Shown: positions 51,501-64,000 of the stretch, in pieces
Layout: each line of letters begins with the position of its first letter
Position numbering within the stretch: the first letter of the stretch is position 1
Source: Hemiscyllium ocellatum
Lineage: Eukaryota
Reading direction: 5' to 3'
Assembly: GCF_020745735.1 (NCBI RefSeq)
Contig: NC_083404.1
Coordinates: 108,933,731 to 108,997,730, forward strand
DNA: 64,000 nt
Notes under the pieces: generated by a model
The model's input: the letters and a program-made list of their open reading frames with translations, nothing else
Database searches by the model: none
Told to the model about the DNA's origin: nothing
Made by a program: the position numbers and the translations under genes

Positions 51501-51819
51501 AATTGGTAGAGAATGAAACTTATGCTGCTGGATGTTCTGACTTTCTGCACGCCTTGACCTCTTAAATGTTGGATAGACCATGCAAATGTTCAGCAGATCA
51601 ATTTGTGATACTATTGCCTCTGAGTAAAACATTCTATGATCAAGCCATACTGCAGAGAATTGAGTCATTCACCTAGGCTGCCTTTTCTATGCTGTACTGA
51701 GGCAAGGTCTGTCTTTGAAAGGAGGGATTAAATTGTCTTCCCAGTGGGTGAAAGTAAATTGTCCCAAGGCATCGTTTGAAGTAGAGAAGAGAGTGTTCTG
51801 GCCAGTAGAGGAGTTGGCA

Positions 51820-52620
51820 AATTGGAGCAGATGGAGTATAATGTGGAGAAATGTGAGGTTATGGTAGGAGCTGTTAAGTGGAATTTGGGTGTCTTTGCAC
51901 ATGAAATACATAAAGTTAACACGCAGATACAGCAAGCACTTAGAAAGTCAAAAGGCTTTATTGCAAATGGGTTGATGTACGAGATTGCAACTTTACAAGG
52001 TTTTGATAAGAACACTCCTGGAGTGCTGTTATATAGTTTCAAACTCCAAAGGAATGCTTTCCTTGTCTATCAGAGGGTACAACAAAGGTTCATTGGATTG
52101 ATTCCTGGGTTGGAAGATATTTGGTGAGGAGAGGTCGAAGTGAATAAAACATAATCCTGTTGAAACACATAAGATTCTGAGAATGCATACAGAGTAGAAG
52201 CTAAGATTTTGTTTTCTCTGGCTAATGACATCAATGAGATATTGGACTCAACCAGTTGGACCTGAGATGAGATGAGATTTCCTTATTTAGAGTGTTGAGA
52301 ATTGTTGGAATTCTCAGGTCTACCTCCATAAATGCTCAGCATGTCTTGGGTCCAGTGACCCTTATTCAGAATTGGACCTGAAATGCTAACTCCGATTTCT
52401 CCTCACAGATGCCACCAGACCCACTGAGCATTCCCAGCAACTTCAGCTTTTGTTTCTGATTTACAGTATTCGTAGTTCTTTCCATTTTTATTTAGTATAA
52501 TGCTCAGTATGTGTTATTCAAGGCTGAGATTGATAGATTTCAAATGGTGGAGGATTAAGGGCAATGGCCATCAGGTAGGGATATAGAGCTGAGGTCAAAA
52601 ATTTTACTAATTGTGTTAAA
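51820..52620 (+). mobile_element. Old CR1-type LINE 3' fragment, interrupted by a mini-element at 52345-52498
   Basis: QMEYNVEKCEVM, RVQQRFIGLIPGL. Confidence 0.75.
52345..52498. mobile_element. Mini-element (second family) inserted in a CR1 fragment
   Basis: gggtccagtgacccttattcagaa...cagatgccaccagacccactgag; TSD aatgctcag(c/t)atgt at 52331-52344 and 52499-52512. Confidence 0.7.
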
Positions 52621-54439
52621 TTGCAGAGCATGGGCAAAATGTTTCATTGGAGCAAGGGCTCCAAGCACTTTGGGGCAAGGGGTCTTCTGGCACAGTGATA
52701 ACTCACCTCTGAGTCAGGACACCTGGCTTCAAATCCCACCTACTTTACAGTGGGTCCTAACATCTCTGAAGAGATTGGTTAGAAAATGGCAGCATTTTGG
52801 GACATCCCATAGAAGGATCACAAGGCTGCATTTTAGTTTTTGAGAGTAATGCACATCTCCAAACTGGTTGAATCAGTTTTCTGTATATAGAGCGTAGGGT
52901 GCAAATATTTTCCAGATAAGTAATCTGGCGCATTATGCAATCATCTGCAATGAAAGATCTTTGATTTATGTCCATTGCAGCCTCTCTGTTTAAGCTTTCT
53001 CTATTAACCAGTGTCAGACTATTTGCATTATGCTGAACATGTAACAACAAAAGGGAATTGGACATGCATGGCAGCAGCTGTTGTTATTTTGAAATTAACT
53101 AATACAGAGATTGACATCAGTAACTGATGGTGATATGGGAGACTTATACACACTGGTTACTAAGGTCTATTGTGGTGCAATGGTAGTGCCCCTATCCCTG
53201 GACTAGGACCCCTGGGTTTAAGTCCCACCTGCTCCTGAGTTGTGTAATAGCATCCCTGAACAGGTTGATTAGACAATATCGACACGTCAGTCATCTCCCC
53301 ACCCTGGAACCTGTACACTTGTGTCCAAAAAAATGAACTTCCATTTATGTAGCACCTGTCATGAACCTGAGGGAACCACAGAGTGAATTAGAGTCAATTA
53401 GGTACATTTAATGTGTAGTCATTGTAGCAGTGTAGGAAAAACAGCTGCTAACTTACACACAGCAAGGATTACAAATAGAAATAAAATAAGTGGTTAGATA
53501 TTTCATTAGTGACATTGATTAATGGAACAGTGTTGTCCAGAACAGTTGAAGCGTTCCTCTGTTCTTCTTCATGTTCAGTTCTAGGAGAGGGGATTATGAC
53601 AAGTTTCAGCTGCACTGATTAATGTCACTATTTGGCAATGGAGACTCATAGTCATGTACTTTCTATCAAGCATCACTGGATAGTGATCAGGAAGGGGAAA
53701 ACCCATTTTAAACCAGCCTTCCTTGACATTGAGCCTAACACAGTTGCTATATTACTGGCCTGGCTGCAATGGGCTAACTCAAAATTAGACAGCAACAAGC
53801 CAAGGAAATTCTTGCTTTATTGGTTCATTTGCACAGTCCACAAATTCACAAGTAAAGCCACTGTTGGTATCCCAGCTGGACTTTATTTTTTCCATTTCTT
53901 GCTTATTCAAATTTAGACTGAGTGTTTCTTCCCTTTCCAGTCAGCTGTTACTTTAGAAACTGAAGAGAAATTTTTAATAAAAATACAGGGTGTGGTACCT
54001 AGAGAAGAAAGTTTAAAAATTTCTGGTGTTAGAGGTGTTTCCCTGTTAGGAAGTTACAGCCTGTTAAGAAAACAGAAAATCTTGAATAAATTAGGACAAT
54101 ATGAAAGCAGTGGCACTGGATGTTTCATTAGTACATATTAATCATTTACTGTTCACTCTGCCTCGAGCGAGGCAATTCTGTTTGAGTTAGAAATTTGTGG
54201 ATTCGAATGGATGCCAAAATTCTTAGCAATAAAAATATTGCAGTATCTTTCATCAAATAATTCTGTGTATTGTGTTGACAAGATAAAAAGAAAATGAATT
54301 ATTATAGGGCTTTTGAAACCTTCAGGTCATATCAAAGCCAATGATTTTTAAAGAGTGATTGGACCGTGTGTGCCAAAAAAAGAGAATAGGGTAGAAAACC
54401 CAACCAAAAAGATAGATTTTGGAAAATTTTGGTTATTTC

Positions 54440-55350
54440 CTAATGTAAAAGATTGTAAGACTAAAGGACATGATCTTAGAGTAAGGGGCTGCCCAGTTAG
54501 GACAGGATTGGGGAAGACTTTCTTCTCTCAGGGGATAGTGAATCTTGCCACAGAGTTCTTCAGAGGCTGGGACAGATTTCTAATCAGTAAGGGAACATAT
54601 GTTTTTGAAGGAAAGGCAGGGGACCAGTAAAGTTTGAGGATTTTTAGATCAGCCGCGAGGTTTCTCCTCATCTCAATTCTAAAGGATCATCCCTTCACCC
54701 TGTGGCTGTGTCCTTGAGTCCTAATCTCTCCTACTAGTGGAAACATCTTCTAAAGTCCACTCCACTCAGGCCTCTCAGTATTCTATATGTTTTCTTCAGT
54801 TCCCCCCTTCATCTTTCTAAAGTCCACTGAGTACAGTTGCAGAGTCCTTCACCACTCCTCACACGATAAGCCTTTCATTCCTAGGATCATTCCTGTAAAG
54901 CTTCTTTGGACCCCCTCCAATGACAGCATGTACTTCTTTAGATATGGGGCTCAGAGCTACTCACAATATTCCAAATGAGGCCTGACCACAGCTTAGTACA
55001 GCCTCAGCAGTATATCCTGCTCTTGTATTCTAGCCCTCTTAGGATTAACAATAACATTGTATTTGCCTTCCTAAAATATATTGAACTTGCATGTTAACCT
55101 TAAGAGAATCCTGAACTAGGATTTCCAAGTCCGTTTGTGCATCAGATTTTTAAAGCCTTTTCCCATTTAAAAATAATCTATGCCTCTATTCTTCATACCA
55201 AAGTGCATAACCTCATACATTCCCACATTATATCTGCTACTTCTTTACCCACTCTCCTAGCCTGTCCAAGTCCTTCTGCAGCCTCCCCACCTCTTTCATA
55301 TTATCTGTCCCTCTGCCTACCTTTGTGTCATCTGCAAACTTAGCAACAAT
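54440..55350. mobile_element. Two CR1-type 3' fragments tail-to-tail (+ 54440-54650; - 54660-55350)
   Basis: KTKGHDLRVRG..FFSQGIVNL on plus; reverse CR1 RT C-terminus (gtcatctgcaaacttagc = SKFADD) on minus. Confidence 0.75.
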
Positions 55351-55594
55351 AGTTGCAAGATGGTGGCAGAGCAGGATGCTCCAGCCAGAACTCCTCTGCT
55401 TCGCCAGTTCCTTTTCCTTTTTCTTTCTTCTCTTTTCTGCAGTTTTTATTCAAACCCCCCCCCCCCCCCCAGCCCTCTAATTTTTAACTTATTAAAGTTG
55501 CAGAGTTTTTGGAGAAAGCATGGAAGTGAGTCCGAGTCCAGCCCGATTCAGGAAATGAGTCAGAGACCAGACTGCATAGGAGATGAGTCCCTGA

Positions 55595-56600
55595 AGTCAC
55601 TTTTCAGCCTTGTTTGCCTCATCCTCTCCTTAATATGTTTCATCTTCCTTGGGATGAATTTCTTCAGTGCTTTCCGAATTGTCCCCAGATACTCCTGCCA
55701 TTGCTGCTTTATCATCTCCCCTATTAGGCTCCCTTTCCAATCAACATTAGCCAGCTCCTGCCACATATTTATGTAGTTACCTTCAATTATTTGTAATGGC
55801 ATTATATTTGATTCCAGCTTTCTCTCTCTCAAAGTGAATTCTACCATATTATGGTTACCACCCCCTCCTTAAGCTCCCTAATCAAGTCTACCTCATTATA
55901 CATCACCAAATCCAGAATTGCCTGTTCCCTAGTGGGCTCTACCACAAACTGCTCCAAAACAAATTTCATAGACATTCCACAAATTCCTTTTCTTGAGATC
56001 TGATACCAAACTAATTTTCCTAGTCCACCTGCATTTTGAAGACCCCCTCCTCCGATTATTATAATAGTGTCTTTCTTATATGCCTTATCTATTTCCTGAA
56101 TCATTTTATTCCCACATACTCATTTCTATTAGGAGGCCTATGCATAACTTCCATCAGGGTCTTTTTTTCTTTGTGGTTCCTCATCTCTGCCCACACAAAT
56201 TCTACATGTCTGAATCTATATCATTTCTTACTATCTATTTAACTTCATTTCTTATTAATAATGTTACCCCTCACACCACCCATCTGCTTGCCCTTTCAAT
56301 GAGACATGTTGGATATTTAGTTCCCAGCCCTGATCCCCTTGCATTCATTTCTCTGTGCTGTCCACAACATCGTACCCACCAATTTCAATCCATGCTATAA
56401 GTTCATTTGCCTTGTTTCACGTACTGTGCACATTTAAGTACAAAACCCTCAGTCTTGCATTAACTGGCCCTCTTCTCATCGTTGTCCCCTTATCTGCTGT
56501 GCCTGAAGATAGATTCCTAACTCTTTCCATACTCTCTGTCCTATTGCTTGTTCTGGAAATTTTAATAACGTTTCTTGAGCTGCATTCCCCCCATAATTTT
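55595..56600 (-). mobile_element. CR1-type LINE ORF2 N-terminal (AP endonuclease) fragment
   Basis: RLRVLYLNVHS (ORF2 start motif), LEQFVVEPTREQAILDLV (endonuclease motif). Confidence 0.8.
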
Positions 56601-56828
56601 TTACATAACTTTTCATGCAACTGAACTCAACTCCTCCCCCCCCCCCATACACACACAATTTAATATAACACTCTGTCTACATTATATCCTAAGTCTCTAG
56701 ACTCACCAGCCAGAGAAACATCTTTCTGCATTCGTTCTGTCATGCCGTGTCTATATCCTAGTCACTCTGGCCTGCTCCTATCCTACTCAGTCTAGTTTGC
56801 CCTCATCCTGCTCAATCTATTTCTTTAG

Positions 56829-58641
56829 CAAATAGAATAAAGGAGAACCCTAAAGCTTTCTATAGGTATGTGAGGAATAAAAGGATGATTAGGGTAGGAA
56901 TAGGGCCAGTCAAAGACAGAAGTGGGAAGTTGAGTGTGGACCCTGTAGAGATCGGAGAGGTGCTAAATGAACATTTCTCATTGGTTTTCACTCAGGAAAA
57001 GGAGAATATTGTGGAAGAGAAGAACGAGGTATGAGATATTAGACTAGAAAGGATCGAGGTTAGTTACGCACAGGTGTTATCAATTCTAGAAGGAGTGAAA
57101 GTAGACAAGTCCCCAAGGCCGGATGGGATTTATCCGAGGATTCTCTGGAAAGCTAGGGAGGAGATAGCAGAGCCTTTGACTTTGATATTTGAGTCGTCAT
57201 TGTCTACAGGTTTGGTACCAGAGGACTGGAGGGTTGCAAATGTTGTGCCATTGTTCAAGAAAGGCAGTAGAGATGACCCAGGTGGTTATAGACCAGTGAG
57301 CGTTATTTCTGTTGTAGGAAAGGTTTTGGAAAGGATTATAAGAGATGAGATTTATAATAATCTAGTAAGCAACAATTTGATTTCAGATAGTCAACATGGT
57401 TTCATCAAGGGCAGGTCATGTCTTACGAACCTCATTGAGTTTTTTGAGAAGGTGACCAAGCATGTTGATGAGGGTAGGGCAGTTGACATGGTATACATGG
57501 ACTTCAGTAAAGCTTTTGATAAGGTTCCACATGGTAGGCTGTTGGAAAAAATGCAGAGGCATGGAATTGAGGGTGATTTAGCAATTTGGATTAGAAACTA
57601 ACTTCCTGAAAGAACGCATCAAGTGGTGGTTGATGGAAAATATTTAGCCTGGAGTCAGATTGCTAGTGGTGTGCCACAAGGATCTTTTTTGGGACCACTG
57701 CTGTTTGTCATTTTTATAAATGACTTAGACACAGGCATAGGTGGATGGATTAGTAAATTTGCAGACAACACTAAAGTCGGTAGAGTAGTGGACGGTGTGG
57801 AGGATTGTTACAGGTTGCAGAGGGACTTGGATAAACTGCAGAATTGGGCTGAGAGGTGGCAAATGGAGTTCAATGCAGCTAAATGTGAGGTGATGCACTT
57901 TGGGAAGAATAATAGGAAGGCAGAGTACTGGGTCAATGGAAAGATTCTTGGTAGTGTGGATGTGCAGAGGGAGCTTGGAGTCCATGTGCATAGATCCCTG
58001 AAAGTTGTCACCCAGGTGGATAGTGCTGTTAAGAAGGCATACGGTGTGTTAGGTTTCATTCGTAGAGGGATTGAGTTCCAGAGCCGCAATATCATGCTGC
58101 AACCATACAAAACGCTGGTGCAGCCACACTTGGAATATTGTGTACAGTTCTGGTCCCCATATTTTGGCAAGGATTTGGAAGCATTGGAAAAGGTGCAGAG
58201 GAGATTTACCAGGATGTTGCCTGGTCTGGAAGGAAGATCTTATGAGGAAAGGCTGAGAAACTTGAACCTGTTCTCATTGGCAAGAAGAAGGCTAAGAGGG
58301 AATTTGATAGAAACATACAAGATGATCAGAGGATTATATAGGGTAGACAATGAAAGTCTTTTTCCTAGGCTGATGACGTCAGCGTGTATAAGGCGGCATA
58401 ACTAGAAATTGAGGAGTGATAGATTTAAGACATGTCAGAGACAGGTTCTTTACTCAGAGAGTGGAAAGGGCATGGAATGCCCTACCTGCTAATGTAGTCA
58501 ACTCAGCCACATTAGGGAGATTTAAACAATCCTTAGATAAGCACATGGATGATTTTGGGATAGTGAGAATAGTTCACAGGTTGACGCAACATGGAGGGCT
58601 GAAGGGCCTGTTTCGCACTGTATTGTTCTATGTTCTATTCT
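56829..58641 (+). mobile_element. CR1-clade (HER1-like) LINE, 5'-truncated, best-preserved copy in the window; RT ORF2 fragment
   Basis: ORFs 57074-57601 and 57623-58405 are in one frame separated by a TAA. Motifs PEDWRVANVVPLFKKG, YRPVS, QHGF..GRSCLTNL, YMDFSKAFDKVPH, GVPQGS.LGP, FADNTK, RPHLEYCVQFWSP-like. 3' tail (GTTCTAT)n. Confidence 0.93.
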
Positions 58642-59679
58642 GATCTGGCCCCATCATTTTAACTGCTCTGGCCCATTGAAAATGCAGGCTCTATTTTGAT
58701 TTTCATGCAAGTGACATAAGTCTTTTTATTTAATCTCTCGACGTTCACTACATACGGCACTGCATTTAATCAGCCAGGCTGTATCACATTACCAGCTTGA
58801 CATATATTCGAATACTTCAGGGACAGCAGGAGATCAAGGGAGATTTTGGGAAGACTATTTTTACCAATGTGGATTCAATCCAAAAATTTAGGGAGTAGTT
58901 TTTAAAAAGATTTTTAATCATAGGGATAGTTGTACTTTCTTAAAAGCTCTTCATTTCGCTGGGCTCAAGTGGCGCAGTGGTAATGGACTTACCTGTTGTT
59001 CATAAGGCCTCGTTCAAGTTTCATGTGCCCTACAGTTGTGTCATAATATGCCTGAATACATTGTTTAAAAATATATATGTGTTGCCTTTTGCATTGGCAA
59101 TTTATAATCAACATTCTAAAATCTAAAAGAAAATGTATGGGATTGTTAGCTACTGTGAAGTCTGTTTACAATTAAAGTTGTTGGTAAGGAAAAGCCCATC
59201 ATGTGTTTTAATGCAGTTTACAGAATTGCTTGCATTGTTTGACAAACTTTTTTTTCTCAACAGTGTAAATGTCATTAGAATGTGTCCTTATTGATAAAAC
59301 TAATGTATTCATGATGCAAAAGAATCAGAATGAAATTCATGTGCAGATATTCCACTCTCTTGAGGGCTCTGTCACTTGTTGGAATTACAGTATAATATTC
59401 ATCCCCACTGGTGTTCAGTGACTTTAAGAATAAATAGTAGATCTTTATAAATTAGGGAACGTTTGATCTAGGATTTTTTTTGAAAATTATCTGATCTCTG
59501 CAAGGTTGCAGTAAGGATGTGCGTATGTGGTTTCAGAATCAGTGTTCCTGTCTCATTATCACAATCCAATGACACCTGTTGGAATGTGAGATTTCAATGT
59601 AGGGGAGTTGGTATAGTGCGTAGTGCATAGTGCATTATCAAGAATGTCACTCCAGAGACCAGGTTATTTCTCTGAGACA

Positions 59680-62040
59680 TACAAACATATGAGTAGGGGC
59701 AGAAGCAGGTCATTCAGTCTCTCATGACTGCTCCTCCATTCAGTATGCTCATGCCTGATCTATTCTTGCAGAGAATTCCATATCCCTTTTACTCCAGACA
59801 GCCTTTGATTCCCTTTCCTCACAAAATTCTATCTACCCCCACCTTAAATTATTCAGCAAGACTTCCTCCAGCAGCTTCTGAACTAACGAGTTCTAAAGTC
59901 ACATAATCCTCTTAGAGAAAAAAGTCAGTTTCTGCATCTCCCATGCCTGCACTGTTACCACCTGGCAGGACAACAGCTGCAGATTCATGGGAATGCCACT
60001 ATGTGCAAGTTGCCCGCCAAGCCACACGCCATCCTGACTTGGAGCTATTAGGCCATTCCTTACATTTTGCTGGGTTAAAGTCATGGGAAACGACAGCAGT
60101 TTGAGAATGCAGCTCACTCCCACCTTCTCCAGGGTAAATAATGATGGGTAATAAATGCTGGCCTAGCCAGGGATGTCTACGTTTCTTCAACAAATAAAAA
60201 AAATTATCAATTGCCTTCACTTTTCTAAACTCCAGAGAAAACATCCCGGTCTATCCAACCATTCCTCAAAAGACAACCTATTCATTTCAGATATCAACCT
60301 CCTCTGAACCGTTTTCAATGCATTACACCTATCCTTATATCAGGAGAGCAAAACTGCAGATTGTATTCATGATGTGGTCTCATATATAATTGAATCATAA
60401 CATCCTTATTTTATGTTCAATTCCTCTCCCAGTACACAAGAGTATTTCATTAGGTTTCTTGATTTTGCGATTCATTTCATACACTAGAACATGAGAGCTG
60501 GAGTCCCTTTCCTCCGAGAATTGTGTATCAACCTACAGCACACGGACTGCAGCGGTTCATGAAAACAAGTCACAACCACCTTCTCATGGGCAACTAGGGA
60601 TGGGCAATAAATTCTGGTCAGCCAGCGATGCAATGAGCGAATTTAATAAAGAAAAAATCTCGAAACTTTTGCACCTGGGAATTGTGCGGTTATTCTGCAT
60701 TTAGATATTCTTTGCTTTTTTTATACTTCTTGCCAAAGTAAAACAAATTTCAATTTTCCATAATTATATTCTTTTATCTGCCAGTTTTTTTGCCCACTCA
60801 TTCAACATATTTTTTTTAATTAACTTTTCACAATGTATTTTCTTGATTCTCTTTGTGTTGTTTGCAAATGTAACTACCATGCCTTCACTCCCTCATCTAA
60901 ATCATTGATATAAATTGAAAAAAGCTGAGGCCACAGCAGAGGTACAGGTGGGACTCCACTTGTTAGATGCTGCCAATCAGCAAAAGATCAATTTACACAC
61001 ACTCTATTTCCTGTCAACCAGCCAATCTTCTATCCATCCTCGTATATTACCCACTACAGCATATGCTTCTAAGTTGTCCATTCCAATCTGACGAATCTTT
61101 CCAACAGTCTACTGAACTTTGAAAAATTAGCACCAAAGCATCCAATACCTCATTAGCCATTTCTTTTGAGATTCTGGAATGAAGTCCAAAGGACTGAGGG
61201 ACTTCTCAATCCACAGCTCAATCAGTTTGCTCAGCATCATTTCCTTCATGACTGCAATTTCACTTACTTCCTCTCTGCCTTCCACCTCCTGACAGACAGG
61301 TATGACAGGAAAGAATTTTTTTTTGTATCTTCTATCGTGAAAACAGAAACAAAATATTTTTCATCTGCCATTTACTTATTATACACTATTAACTCCTCAT
61401 TCTCATTTTCTAGAGGACCAACATTCACTTTATTTATTATTTTCTTGTTTAGATACCTGTGGAAACTTGTGCTGTCCATTTTCACATTTCTAGCTAGCTG
61501 CCTCTCATACTCCAATTTCTTTCCCTGATTGACATTTTAGTCATTCTCGTATTTATATTCTGACTAATCATCTGACCTGCCATTCACTTTTGCCCAGTTA
61601 TATGCGTTTTCCTTTAGTATGATGCTTTCCTTAATTTCCTTATTTATCTATGGACGATGAGCCCTGCTCTATGAACTTTTCTTTATAGATAGAAGGTAAA
61701 TATTCTAAGTTTTTTCTGAAGTAACTCCTCAAATGTCAGCCGCTGTTCTCCAAGGTCAATATCCCAATTCACTTCAGCTGGTTCAGTTTTCATGTTGACA
61801 TAGCTGCCCATTTTAAAGTTTAAAATATTAGTCTTAGACCTTCTCTTCTTTCATTCAAAGTGGATCCAAAATTCAAGCATGTTCTGGTTGCTGTTGCTTA
61901 GAGGTACCCTTTCACTGAGCTCATTAATTAATCCTGTCATATACTAAATCTAATAACTGTTTGTTCCAGCACATGCTGTTCTAAAAATCTATCTCAAAAG
62001 CATTCTATCAACAAATATTTAAGGAGACATTCAACTCCTC
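59680..62040 (-). mobile_element. Decayed CR1-type LINE fragments with nested insertions
   Basis: CR1 3' end at ~59690 (gagtaggggcagaagcaggtcattcag) and reverse RT/linker segments. Confidence 0.6.
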
Positions 62041-62069
62041 CAAATTGAAATGTAATCCAGAAAAGAAGG

Positions 62070-63990
62070 AAGTTTGTAAGAGGGGAGAAAAGCATTTGTT
62101 GCTAAGCAAGGAAATTAAGATAATACAAAGGTAAAAACCAAGGCATACCATACTGAAAGGGTCAGAGCAGGCTGGAGAATTGGGGAACTGAAGACCGATA
62201 AAAATTTATAAAATGTCATAAACAGAGCAAGTATTAATTCTGAAAGCACACTAGCGTAAAATATTTAAAAACAGATAAGTATATAAAAGGGAAGAAAGTA
62301 ACACAAGTGAATATTGGCCCCTTAGAGGATGAGATTGAATAGTTACTATCAGGGAGCACAGAAATAACAGAGGCACTAATTCAATGTTTTTACAATAGAG
62401 AATACTGAAACCATCCCAATAGTAATAGGTTATGCAAAGATTATAGAAAAGGAGGAATTTAAAACAATTGGCATCACTAAGTAGGAAAAAGTACTGAGCA
62501 AAATATTTGGAGTAAAGGCAGACAAAGTCCAAGGTCTAATGGCCTACATCCAATGATCTTAAAGGAAGTGGCAGCAGAGATAGTGGATGCATTGAATATA
62601 ATATCCTAAAAGTTCCCTGGATTCTGGCAATGTTCCAGTGGATTAGATAAAAGCCAATGTAACAACACACATATTGAAAAAGGAATGGAGGCAACAAGTA
62701 GAAAACTATAGACCAGTTAGTTTAACGTCTGGCATTGGGAATTCCATATTAAGGAAGCAGTAATGGGACACCTGGAAAGTCAAAATGCAACTCATTAGAG
62801 TTAGCATGCTTTTATGAAGAGTAAATTATGTTTGACTAATTTGCTAGAGTTATTCAACTTGTAACAAACAAAGTGGATAATAGAGATGCTGCAGATGTAA
62901 TACATCTGAACTTCCAAAAGGCATTTGATAAAGTGATGCACAAGGAGTTAATGCACAAGGTGAGGTCACATCGGATTGGGTGTAATATATTACCTTCAAT
63001 AAAGGAAAGGCTAACCAACGGAAAGCAGAGAATCAGGATGAATACTTGACAAGCTGTAACTAGTGGTGTGTTACAGGGTTTAGTCCTTGACATACAATGA
63101 TACAACGTATGTTACCTAACTCCGCAACCGTGAAGGAACGACAATATATTTCCAAGTCAGGATGGTGTGTGGCTTGGAGGGGAACTTGAAGGTAGTGGTG
63201 TTCCTTGCTCTCCTTGTCCTTGTAGATGGAAGTGGTCTTGTGTTTGGAAGGTGCACTTTAACAAGATTAAAAAAACTGGATATTATTTACATGGAGAAAC
63301 ATTCCAGAAAACTGTAGAACTGAAGGAATTTGAGAGTCCTCATGCATACAGCACAAAAAGCTAACATATAAATTCATTCGGAATTAGAGAAGGCAAAAGG
63401 AATGTGGGCCTTTATTTCAAAGACAATAGAGAATATAAATAGGGAAGTCTTGCTTAAATCATCCAAGATACAAGCCAGACAAAACCTAGAATACTGTGAA
63501 CCGTTTTCGGTCCCTTATCTGAGGAAAGATATATTGGTATTTGGTGGCAGTGCAGAGAAGTTTCACTAGGTTGATTCAGGAAATGGACAGACTTTCTTAT
63601 GAATGGGGGTTGAGAAGGTTGGCCTGTACTCATTGAGTTTAGAAGAACGAGAGGTGACTGTATTGAAACATGTCTTGTGACAGTCTAGGTTCAGTGGGCA
63701 TAATGTCAGAGTAAAAGGTCTCCATTTAAGATTTAAGATACATTTAAGATAGAGGTGAAGGGCAATTTCTTTTCTCACACCTAATGAATCTGTGGAATTA
63801 TCTACCATAGTGGGGTATTGAGGCTGGGTCAGTCAATGAATTGAAGGCTGAGATTGATTATTTTTAATCAATAAGGGAATCATAGGTTATGGCCTAAGAA
63901 GGAAAATAGAATTGAGCACTACCAGATCAGCCACTATCTTGTTGAATGCCAGGGCAGAAATGATGGACCAAATAGCCTCTTTCTGCCTTT
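62070..63990 (+). mobile_element. Decayed CR1-type LINE (RT to 3' end), interrupted at ~63095-63250
   Basis: aactatagaccagttagtttaac (NYRPVSL), ttccaaaaggcatttgataaag (FQKAFDK), ctagaatactgtg, 3' end near 63990. Confidence 0.75.
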
Positions 63991-64000
63991 ACATTATAAC

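Noticed and set aside
56750-56820. Three spaced ATCCT.(G/C)TCA.TCT units resembling a repeat-spacer array
   Set aside because: Only three degenerate ~25-nt units in eukaryotic DNA; consistent with a decayed minisatellite, not CRISPR.
57074-58405. Functional reverse transcriptase gene
   Set aside because: 5'-truncated, has in-frame stops and the catalytic motif is mutated.

Overview
Vertebrate genomic DNA, most likely from an elasmobranch (shark), judged from the V-SINE/HE1-type SINEs, Deu-domain SINEs and abundant CR1-type LINEs. It contains one protein-coding gene, CSRNP1 (AXUD1; cysteine/serine-rich nuclear protein 1), on the minus strand. The four coding exons are 32299-32083, 29139-28880, 27102-26806 and 23092-22061 (1806 nt, 601 aa, all GT-AG, phases 1/0/0). 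A probable non-coding first exon and GC-rich promoter lie at about 49100-49780. The probable ~4.8 kb 3'UTR (to ~17240) is rich in AREs, Pumilio elements and miRNA seed sites. The rest is mostly decayed retroelements. The most striking non-obvious signal is a set of at least nine small elements, several TSD-flanked and several fold-back, in four sequence families. They carry full or partial minimal hammerhead-ribozyme cores (CUGANGA / helix II / GAAA / NUH) with family-specific, covarying helix II and palindromic helix III. One sits directly behind a Penelope-like ORF end, and several lie inside csrnp1 introns or its 3'UTR. Repeat-family names and boundaries come from recognition by eye and are approximate.
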